From an uncultured Clostridia bacterium (GTDB lineage Bacteria > Bacillota > Clostridia > TANB77 > CAG-508): a DNA stretch of 64,000 bases. The notes under the pieces are model-generated. The model worked only from the letters and a program-made list of their open reading frames with translations, did not search any database and was not told the origin of the DNA. The translations under genes were made by a program, and so were the position numbers. Below, in pieces: positions 34,424 through 42,224 of this stretch. Each line of letters opens with the position of its first letter. The first letter of the stretch is position 1. The stretch lies in the NCBI GenBank assembly GCA_944386645.1, contig CALXBW010000002.1, forward strand, positions 8,581 to 72,580, in the 5' to 3' direction.

Positions 34424-34466
34424 AAAAAAGATATAAAAAGATATAAAAAGATACAAAAAGATATTT
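34424..34466. repeat. Tandem direct repeat, ~3.7 copies of 11-bp unit AAAAAGATATA
   Basis: aaaaagatataaaaagatataaaaagatacaaaaagatatt read directly, ~60 bp upstream of the Spo0A_C-domain regulator gene. Confidence 0.7.
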
Positions 34467-34527
34467 TTTTAATTTTATTGCACCTGTTTTGTAAAAAACT
34501 ATTATCTAATATATTGGTGAGATAATT

Positions 34528-35253
34528 ATGGTTAATGTTCTTATTGCAGATGATAATCTATATTATGCAAAATCATTAATGGACTATGTTAATAATATTA
34601 ACAATAATATTAGAATTTGTAATATTGTAATTGATGGTAAAGAATTAATAGATATACTAAATTCATGCCAAAATATAGATGTAATATTATTAGATGTGAA
34701 TATGCCTATATATAATGGACTACAAGTATTAAAAATGCTTTCTAAAGAAGCTAGAATCAAATATAAAAAATCATTTATTATGATATCCGGCAGTAGTATT
34801 GTAGATGAAATTGAACCGGACAAAAGTAATTTAATTTATAATGCACTTTCAAAAAAACAAGATATGTCTGACATCATATATGAAATAAAAAAATTAATAG
34901 AATATAAGAATAATAAAAATATTCATTTAATAAGACAAAAAATACTAAATGAAATTTCATATCTAGGATACAACCCATCATATAAAGGAACTAAATACTT
35001 AGCTGATGCAATACAATACACTATTATTCATAATAATATGAATTTAGATAACTTAAATAGAGATGTATATCCATTTCTTGCACAAAAATATGAACAATCT
35101 ATACACAATATTAAATGTAATATTAATAGAGCAAATTTATATATGTACTATAATTGCAATTCTGATAGATTACGTGAATATTTTTCTTATTATGATGATG
35201 AAAAACCTAATACAAAAACTATTATAATTACTATTATGCATAAAGTTATTTAA
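34528..35253 (+). CDS. Spo0A_C-domain DNA-binding response-regulator-like protein with divergent receiver domain (Spo0A paralogue)
   Basis: Receiver-like N-terminus (VLIADDN...IDVILLDVNMP); C-terminus aligns to the Spo0A DNA-binding domain pattern (YLGYNPSYKGTKYLADAIQY...VYPFLAQKYEQS...KPNTKTIIITIM vs Spo0A IKGYxYLxEAI...LYPxIAKKYxTT...KPTNSEFIAMIAD). Confidence 0.6.
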   Translation: MVNVLIADDNLYYAKSLMDYVNNINNNIRICNIVIDGKELIDILNSCQNIDVILLDVNMPIYNGLQVLKMLSKEARIKYKKSFIMISGSSIVDEIEPDKSNLIYNALSKKQDMSDIIYEIKKLIEYKNNKNIHLIRQKILNEISYLGYNPSYKGTKYLADAIQYTIIHNNMNLDNLNRDVYPFLAQKYEQSIHNIKCNINRANLYMYYNCNSDRLREYFSYYDDEKPNTKTIIITIMHKVI

Positions 35254-35353
35254 AAATGTAACTTTTTATATCTTTTTGCGATAAGGGCCATCATTTATTA
35301 TATTATTAATATACCCATTACACATATGATAAATATTATGAAAGGAGTTTTAT

Positions 35354-35530
35354 ATGTCAAATCGTAAATTTTTTATTATTTTAGCATTGCTTACTTGTTT
35401 AAGTCCATTAATAATGTTTTCTTTACATAGTATTCAAGCCACATTTAGTTCATATATATATACTGGATATTATACAGAATATAATGATAATAATATTATT
35501 GAAAGCAGTAAATATGATGTTTTAAAATAA
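35354..35530 (+). CDS. Small ORF (58 aa) with N-terminal signal-peptide-like hydrophobic segment, not in the ORF track
   Basis: AAAGGAG RBS 7 nt upstream of ATG 35354; MSNRKFFIILALLTCLSPLIMFSLHSIQA|TFSSYIYTGYYTEYNDNNIIESSKYDVLK; followed by terminator hairpin. Confidence 0.35.
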   Translation: MSNRKFFIILALLTCLSPLIMFSLHSIQATFSSYIYTGYYTEYNDNNIIESSKYDVLK

Positions 35531-35541
35531 AATTTGCATAC

Positions 35542-35575
35542 AAAAATGGAGCTAATTAATAGCTCCATTTTTGTA
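35542..35575. terminator. Hairpin terminator (bidirectional position between small ORF and minus-strand gene)
   Basis: aaaaatggagcta-attaa-tagctccattttt. Confidence 0.5.
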
Positions 35576-35584
35576 AAATTATGT

Positions 35585-36019
35585 TCATACATTAAACTGA
35601 GCCAATTTTTTTAACATCATAAGCTCAGCGTAAACTCTAGCAGCCCACATTATATCATGCAGAGCCAATTTCATTTTTTCTTCTTTCGATATGTTTCTTC
35701 CAAACAATTCAATTCTTTCCCTTGTTACAGGTAAAGACCTTTCTATCACTGACTTTGCAAAATAATCAGTGAACTTACCATCACAAACAAGGTTTAAATT
35801 TTCACCGAAACGATCTGCCAGAAGCTGGCAATGTCCGTAAAAGAAGTCACCTATAACAACATTATAATCATCTACTTTATTACAATTTCCAAAATACTTT
35901 TCGTAATAGGAAATTAAATCATTGAATTCCTTACTATCCACAATTACTTGTGATATAGCAATTTCCTGCTTTAAAATTTCGCTATTAAGGTGAGAACTTT
36001 CTTTAAATTTGTTTAACAT
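35585..36019 (-). CDS. Hypothetical protein, paralogue A of a duplicated pair (with 36782-37195)
   Basis: 144 aa; shares SLPVTRERIELFG...LKKLA C-terminal block and upstream promoter/5'UTR with paralogue B. Confidence 0.55.
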   Translation of the reverse strand: MLNKFKESSHLNSEILKQEIAISQVIVDSKEFNDLISYYEKYFGNCNKVDDYNVVIGDFFYGHCQLLADRFGENLNLVCDGKFTDYFAKSVIERSLPVTRERIELFGRNISKEEKMKLALHDIMWAARVYAELMMLKKLAQFNV

Positions 36020-36216
36020 AATTTTTTCCTCCTTATTTTAATAAATGTAAACACTATGTTGCCCTAGAGGAACTTCTAAGTTTCACAACATCTTTAGTAT
36101 ACCATACTTTACATAATATAGCAAGTATTTTTTAGAAATTTTTTCATTTTTCTGATTTTTATGTTACATTTTAGTAAAAAATCATAATAATTTTGCATTT
36201 TATATTCGTATTTACA

Positions 36217-36756
36217 TTAAATCATAATAAAAATATAAATAAAATATATAATTATTAAAATAATACCTCTTTTCCCATCTAACTCGCTATTTTCATTCAT
36301 TGCTGCAATTAGCTGTAATGCCATTGTTACAATTATTAAAAGTAACATAGGTCCATTAAAATCTGTTGCAAATGTTAAAGGATTAATTACTGCTCCTATT
36401 CCCACTAATAAGCATAAATTTATAATATTAGAACCCGAGATATTTCCTAGTAGCAAATCTGTTTCATTTTTCCTTGCTGATATAATACCTGTTATAATTT
36501 CTGGTAAAGCTGTACCAATTGCTACAATTGTCATGCCTATAAATCTTTCAGATAAACCCAAATTATTTGCAATTTCTATAGAATTATCAACAACAAAATC
36601 TGCTCCAAATTTTAATCCTAAAATTCCTACAATCATATAAAAAATAATTGTGTTAGTTGTATAATTCTCTTTTGATTTAACTTTCTTTATTAAATTACAT
36701 TGCAGACTAAAGCCCAATGCATATAAAGAAAAAAATGAAAAATAAAAGAGAGCCAT
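36217..36756 (-). CDS. Half-size Na+/Ca2+ exchanger (CaCA) family membrane protein (single alpha-repeat; possibly truncated)
   Basis: 179 aa with GMTIVAIGTALPEIITGIISARKNETDLLLGNISGSNIINL (alpha-repeat GTSLPE motif); typical CaCA proteins have two such halves. Confidence 0.5.
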   Translation of the reverse strand: MALFYFSFFSLYALGFSLQCNLIKKVKSKENYTTNTIIFYMIVGILGLKFGADFVVDNSIEIANNLGLSERFIGMTIVAIGTALPEIITGIISARKNETDLLLGNISGSNIINLCLLVGIGAVINPLTFATDFNGPMLLLIIVTMALQLIAAMNENSELDGKRGIILIIIYFIYIFIMI

Positions 36757-36781
36757 TAAATAATAGCTCCCTTTATTATGT

Positions 36782-37195
36782 TTAATCTGCTAACCTTTTT
36801 ATGGTCATTAATTCTTTTAAAATTATTCCCACCACTTTCATATCATGTTTCCACAATATTTCCTTTTGTTTTTTACTGAGAATATTATTCTCAATAATCA
36901 CTCGTTTCACTGGTAAGGTCCGATCATATGCTTCCTTTTCAAAGCACTCTGAAAATTTAATTTCAGTTAAATGATCCAAATCATCACCAAATAACTCTGA
37001 AAGTCTCCTAGCCATTTCGTGAATCCTATCTCCTATCAACACAGAATACCGTGTTGGTGTTCCAGGAAAATTCGATTCACATTGTATAAGTAACACTTTA
37101 AACTCCAATGTTTTTGCAATTTTCTTTGCAATGTTTTTTTCGTAAGCAATTACTTCTGCCGGCAATACTGAACTTTCATTGAATAAATTAAACAT
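36782..37195 (-). CDS. Hypothetical protein, paralogue B of a duplicated pair
   Basis: 137 aa; TLPVKRVIIENNILSKKQKEILWKHDMKVVGIILKELMTIKRLA similar to paralogue A. Confidence 0.55.
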   Translation of the reverse strand: MFNLFNESSVLPAEVIAYEKNIAKKIAKTLEFKVLLIQCESNFPGTPTRYSVLIGDRIHEMARRLSELFGDDLDHLTEIKFSECFEKEAYDRTLPVKRVIIENNILSKKQKEILWKHDMKVVGIILKELMTIKRLAD

Positions 37196-37447
37196 AATAT
37201 TTTCCTCCTTAAAATAAGAAATATAAACACATGATGTCCTTAGAGGACCTAATTAAATTTTCATCAACATATTTATTACAGCATACTTTACATAATGTAG
37301 CAAGTACTTTTTTTTTAATTTTTCCTATTTTTCCTTATTATTCCCTTCTAATTGCATATATTATACATTTACTTTTTTACAACACTTCTAAATTATTTAT
37401 TTTAGCAATATATATTTATAATTTAAATTATAAACCACTATAGAGAA

Positions 37448-37657
37448 GCCAAAGAAATTAATATATATTATTATATAAGCAAAAAGTAATGTGCTTTTTA
37501 TGTAGTAACAATTCGTGGGGAGCAGCAAGCTTACAGTCTGTTATAGATATCTTTTTATACGTTTTGTTTCTATTTACAGACTGTGCGATGCTGGGAGTTA
37601 CAAATAAAAAACACATTACTTTTTGCTTAGTAAATAACTTTAGCATTTCTTTGGCGA
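37448..37657. ncRNA. Candidate ~210-nt structured RNA/inverted-repeat element (rod-like hairpin with internal bubble; 6S-RNA-like architecture or MITE)
   Basis: Outer arms 37448-37512 and 37598-37657 are imperfectly complementary (perfect 18-mer taagcaaaaagtaatgtg on both). G-rich unpaired segments (cgtggggagcagcaagc / gtgcgatgctgggag) flank an inner stem ttacagtctgt/acagactgtg and a ~34-nt terminal loop. Locally GC-enriched. Confidence 0.3.
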
Positions 37658-37830
37658 TTTAATTATGTGCTATTTTTTAATACGTATTTCAATATTTGAC
37701 TTTCATTTATCACCACCCAAAATATTGGTATTAATAATATTTTATCGTTTTTCTTTACTGTATCAGAGTTTATATAAATTTTAAAACTTTTGAATAGTCT
37801 TTTTGACATTTGCTAGATATAATATTTTTA

Positions 37831-38370
37831 TTATAATTGCTTTTCTACTAAATCTTGTAATGTATATGATATTATCTTCAATTCTTTATCTTTAGTATTT
37901 GCTCTCGATTGAACATTATCCGTTTCAGCTATAAAATTTACTATGTATTGTTCTATATATTTTTTAGTTCCTGATGAATAAGTAATATTGAAAATAATAT
38001 CTTCTATATTGTCTTTTCCTAATTCTATAGGGTCTATATTAGAAATTATTGATTGAGTTGGAGCTATAAAAGTATTTTTTATATGTTCAAATGGTCTACG
38101 TTCTGTAGAATAAGAATACTTTAATAAATCTAGATTACATTCAAACTTTTCTATAATAGCACCTGTTTGTCCAAAATTTCTCAATACAATATAATATGCC
38201 GGGTCTTGAAAATTTGTTACTCTTACATAAATTGTTATATATGGTCTTGTACTATTTTCTATCATTTTGCTATTTTGTTTTAATGTTATTACTACTGTTA
38301 TTACAGATATTACTGACAAAACAAACGATAAAATGCATAGAACTACATTTATCCAATCTGATATTTGCAT
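37831..38370 (-). CDS. Membrane-anchored hypothetical protein
   Basis: 179 aa; N-terminal TM VVLCILSFVLSVISVITVVITL. Confidence 0.5.
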   Translation of the reverse strand: MQISDWINVVLCILSFVLSVISVITVVITLKQNSKMIENSTRPYITIYVRVTNFQDPAYYIVLRNFGQTGAIIEKFECNLDLLKYSYSTERRPFEHIKNTFIAPTQSIISNIDPIELGKDNIEDIIFNITYSSGTKKYIEQYIVNFIAETDNVQSRANTKDKELKIISYTLQDLVEKQL

Positions 38371-38715
38371 AGAATTCTCCTTTTAATATATTCACTTTTC
38401 TAGATTTGTTTATATAAATTATATTTTAATATATATATTACATAATTATATAATTTTCATATTTATTTTTTTACCTTCAGTAATTATTGAATTTTAATAT
38501 TCTTCACAAAATTTTTAACTGCTTTTATCCTTCTATATTTATATTTTTTATTCATATACAGTTTATCTATTTAAACTTATTTTATAGTTTTCATTTATAT
38601 CTATTAAATGTATTTCTCAAATGAAAAATGGACCATTTTGGAACAGTATTATAATTGAAATTTGGACCACTTATTTACATAACCATTCTAACAATTATAT
38701 TAAAATTTATCAAAG

Positions 38716-38756
38716 TGTCAATACTAAAATAAATTGATAAATCAAGTATTGACACT
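38716..38756. repeat. Perfect 11-bp inverted repeat GTGTCAATACT-N18-AGTATTGACAC in a long AT-rich intergenic region
   Basis: Read directly; candidate operator or hairpin upstream of gene 38966-39958. Confidence 0.35.
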
Positions 38757-38965
38757 TATTCTAAATTTTAATTCTTATTAATTAAGAGGTTATATAGTTA
38801 TTTTATGTTATTCAAAAATCTTAATTATAATGTGGTCCATTTTTCACTCATTAAAAACATCTTGGATAGATAAGAAAATTTCATCGCTTATTACATTATT
38901 TTATTATTTTAACTATCTATGATATTATAGTATAGTTATTAACCGTATGATAATGGAGGTGTATA

Positions 38966-39958
38966 ATGGAACAATTTATAAAAAATTTAGAAATACAAAA
39001 CATAGATAAAGAAAAGATTAATCATTTAAAAAATTTAATAAAATCAGTTTGCGGAAGTTTTTATATAATAAAACCTAAAAAAAATTATTTTAGATTTCCG
39101 TATTTATTATATGTTCCAAATCAATTTGATAGTACCACTCTAATAATGCATGGAAATAATTTAGCTTTAGAAGAAGGTAATATTTTAAACATATATTCTG
39201 CAATATTTGAAACTACATCTGAAGCAGGTTATGATTTACTATCTTTAAATCAACCTATACTTGTACCTATCACATCAAACTATATTCATCCAGCTAATAA
39301 TAACATGCATGAATTTTTCCCTATGCAAGCTTCAAGAAACGTTTTATTTTGTAAAGATTCTACAAATACATATTATAAACTATTTGAACAAATCAATAAT
39401 ATGATTGAAGATGCCCAAAATATAATAGAGTCAAAATATAATGTGCATATTGATGATAAGATAATATGCCATGGTTTTTCATCTTCTTCAAAGTTCGTAC
39501 TTAGATATGCAACATGTTATCCAAGTAAAGTTTCTTTATTAATTGCTGGCGGATTCGGAAATCAAGCTATACTTCCTTTAGAAAATATTACTATTAATAA
39601 TACTTGTATTGATTTAATATATCCCGTAGGAATAAAAGATATAAAGTATATTACTGGAAAGGATTTTGATAAGAGTAGTTTTTATAATTTAAAACAATTT
39701 TACTTTATAGGAGAACTTGAAGATTCCTCTAATGATACAGCTTTTAACTTTAGACATACAGATCCAGACATACAAGAAATATATAAAAATGTTTTTGGTT
39801 TTGATTATCAATCTCGTTTTGACCAATTGAAAAAAATATTTAAAGAACTAAATTATACTAATGTAGAATTTATTAGATATGCAAACTTTGGACATAGTGC
39901 TACCCCTGGCATAAGTCATTCTACTGAATTGATAAAGAACTACAGAAAAATAGAGTAG
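38966..39958 (+). CDS. Hypothetical protein (possible alpha/beta-hydrolase fold; GFSSS nucleophile-elbow-like motif)
   Basis: GGAGG RBS then ATG; 330 aa; KIICHGFSSSSKF motif is only weak evidence. Confidence 0.5.
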   Translation: MEQFIKNLEIQNIDKEKINHLKNLIKSVCGSFYIIKPKKNYFRFPYLLYVPNQFDSTTLIMHGNNLALEEGNILNIYSAIFETTSEAGYDLLSLNQPILVPITSNYIHPANNNMHEFFPMQASRNVLFCKDSTNTYYKLFEQINNMIEDAQNIIESKYNVHIDDKIICHGFSSSSKFVLRYATCYPSKVSLLIAGGFGNQAILPLENITINNTCIDLIYPVGIKDIKYITGKDFDKSSFYNLKQFYFIGELEDSSNDTAFNFRHTDPDIQEIYKNVFGFDYQSRFDQLKKIFKELNYTNVEFIRYANFGHSATPGISHSTELIKNYRKIE

Positions 39959-39995
39959 TAAGAAATTTTTCAAATCCTTACTACTCTAATATTTT
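39953..39995 (+). terminator. Hairpin overlapping stop codon of 38966-39958
   Basis: gagtagtaag-aaatttttcaaatc-cttactactc followed by taatattttt. Confidence 0.4.
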
Positions 39996-40017
39996 TGTGT
40001 ATGGTGCGGTTTTCTTG

Positions 40018-40043
40018 CAGCTTACGAACTCTGTTCTCTTTCT
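40018..40043. repeat. Left inverted-repeat copy (CAGCTTACGAACT-C-TGTTCTCTTTCT) matching reverse complement of 43600-43648
   Basis: Direct comparison: rc(43600-43648)=CAGCTTACGAACT-gtaaaaagtttgtaagttgtttat-TGTTCTCTTTCT; left copy lacks the 24-nt insert. Confidence 0.45.
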
Positions 40044-40148
40044 AAAACTTCATTTTATTTAATTAATAGCAATCCTATTTTACTTGATGAATCTAAACTA
40101 TTGATTTTAATTATTGAAAAAAATGTATATTTCAAAATTATAGTTAAA

Positions 40149-41357
40149 CTATAGATTATTCCATTCTCTTTCTAAAACAAATCCTCTATTGTTTCTTAAT
40201 ACTTGTAAAGCAGCTAAGTTTATTTCAATACAATTCTTAAAATCTCTATCTTGTCCTGAAATACCAAACTTTCTTATAAATTCAATATTTATTCGAGCAG
40301 TCTCTAATAAATTTTCTTGTGCAATAATACTTTCATTGAAAGAATCTCTATTTAAAATATCTATTTGATATTTTAAGCTGTTTAAATAATGTCTGTGAGA
40401 TTCCCCTTCACTATATGATGTACTGGTTGGTAAAGCACCATTAAATAAGACATTAGAATATTCATCATTTAGACTTGAATCTGGTTTCATTCTATTTAAT
40501 ATACCATTATTAAATGCTAAATCCAAAAAAGAGATTTTATATTCAGATAATGCTTGAGGATAATAGTACCATTTATTTCTTTGCTTTGGTTTAGACTCTT
40601 CATCTTTAAATTTATTATCAAATTTTCTTACATTAAGCCAAGTTCCTGAAGCAATAGCATCAATCTTAGTAGGTGCAAAAGATAAAAATTGATGATTGGC
40701 ATATCCTAAAATTACCTTTTTTCTTTGTAACTTTAATCCAGCACATAAATCCATTAAATTTGTCATCCAAGTAATTTCATCGTCTATTAAATATTTATTT
40801 TCTGGATGATATGCTACAACATAGTATCCATCTACATCCCATTTTTCGGTCTTTTCAAGTATTCTTTCAACTATCTCATTACTTCCTAGTAACGCATTAC
40901 TTGGTAAAGCTATTGTCATTATTCTATTTTTATCTGTCATAATCTCTTTTGATTTATCTACCAATACCTTATTTTTTTCAAACCAATTACTATCAATTTC
41001 AGATTCCATTATACTTGGTATAATATATTCTATAGTACCAGCTGTATCATTATTCTCTTTAATTTTTTTTAACAATTGTTCTTCTTTTGATATATTTTCC
41101 TTTTTCCCAATATTGGTATAGTTAACCAAATTATGATATCCATACATATCTAAATTTTTATGATTTTGCTTAGGATAATAGCATTGAGGATCAAATAAAA
41201 GATTTATATTATGATTTCTAAACTCTCTACACCATTTCCACAATGCTTCTTTTTTTATATCTCTTGGACTTAAAATTACAGTTGCTTTTCCCCATTTATC
41301 AGCTAAATCCAAAGATAGTTGTTTCATACCATAACCAAATTGTAAATATAATTCCAT
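40149..41357 (-). CDS. Hypothetical 402-aa protein, translationally coupled (TAATG) to upstream Ser/Thr kinase gene
   Basis: ATG at 41357-41355 overlaps kinase stop (gaaTAATGg); MELYLQFGYGMKQ...; no family recognised. Confidence 0.55.
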   Translation of the reverse strand: MELYLQFGYGMKQLSLDLADKWGKATVILSPRDIKKEALWKWCREFRNHNINLLFDPQCYYPKQNHKNLDMYGYHNLVNYTNIGKKENISKEEQLLKKIKENNDTAGTIEYIIPSIMESEIDSNWFEKNKVLVDKSKEIMTDKNRIMTIALPSNALLGSNEIVERILEKTEKWDVDGYYVVAYHPENKYLIDDEITWMTNLMDLCAGLKLQRKKVILGYANHQFLSFAPTKIDAIASGTWLNVRKFDNKFKDEESKPKQRNKWYYYPQALSEYKISFLDLAFNNGILNRMKPDSSLNDEYSNVLFNGALPTSTSYSEGESHRHYLNSLKYQIDILNRDSFNESIIAQENLLETARINIEFIRKFGISGQDRDFKNCIEINLAALQVLRNNRGFVLEREWNNL

Positions 41358-42211
41358 TATTCCTCTCCCATAATTAAAGTTTCTTTTAGCCCTTTCAACC
41401 ATTCTAATGCTTTTTTAGCAGAAGGTGGCCTTCTTGATATTTGTTTCATCATTAGTGTTTCAATCAGACCCATAAACTGTTGTTGTGTATCTCCATCTAT
41501 TTGTAGTCTTTCTGGAGTTATAGTTACGGTTTTATACCATATTTCATTATATGATTGTTCTGTTCCAGTTCTATATGGATTAACTCCAAATATACATTCA
41601 TAAATCACAACACCTATAGAAAATAAATCCGTTCTAGAATCTATATTTCTATTCTCATAATAATTTAATAACTCTGGAGCTCCATATCCTGGAGTGTGTG
41701 GTGATTTTGTATTAAGGACAAATGTAAGAGATTGCATATCCAATGCTTTTGCAATTCCAAAATCTATCAAATAATATTTGTTGTTGCTCATTAATATATT
41801 TTCAGGTTTTATATCTCTATGAACTATATTATATTCCTCCAATTTACTTTCAGTAATTAATAATGTCTCCAATAAAGTATAAGCTTCTTTCAAGTTGAAT
41901 TTATGTTTTTTTATAAGATTTTCTCTTAAGCTATTTCCATCAATAAATTGTTCTAAAATATAAATACATTTATTCCCGATAAGGTTAATTTCTCCAGTAT
42001 CATACATTTTAGGAACATTGGGAATATCATATTTCGTTACAATTTCAATCTCTCTAATTACTCTATCAACATCAGTATCAGCTTTCACAATTTTTAGAAC
42101 ACAATCACCATAGTCTTTTGATTTAATTTTATATACATCTTTTTGTGAACCAGGATTTAATTTATCAATAATTTTTATTCCTGAAATCTGTTTTTCTATC
42201 TCATCTTCCAT
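41357..42211 (-). CDS. Hanks-type (eukaryotic-like) Ser/Thr protein kinase, stand-alone catalytic domain
   Basis: 284 aa; catalytic loop HRDIKPENIL; DFG (LIDFGIAKAL); APE-like GYGAPELL; degenerate Gly-loop and VxK (CVLKIVK). Confidence 0.8.
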   Translation of the reverse strand: MEDEIEKQISGIKIIDKLNPGSQKDVYKIKSKDYGDCVLKIVKADTDVDRVIREIEIVTKYDIPNVPKMYDTGEINLIGNKCIYILEQFIDGNSLRENLIKKHKFNLKEAYTLLETLLITESKLEEYNIVHRDIKPENILMSNNKYYLIDFGIAKALDMQSLTFVLNTKSPHTPGYGAPELLNYYENRNIDSRTDLFSIGVVIYECIFGVNPYRTGTEQSYNEIWYKTVTITPERLQIDGDTQQQFMGLIETLMMKQISRRPPSAKKALEWLKGLKETLIMGEE

Positions 42212-42224
42212 TTTATTTTCCTTT

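Noticed and set aside
37458-37646. 62-aa minus-strand ORF in the track
   Set aside because: It lies entirely inside the long inverted-repeat/structured element. No RBS. The sequence is better explained as RNA structure or a MITE than as coding.
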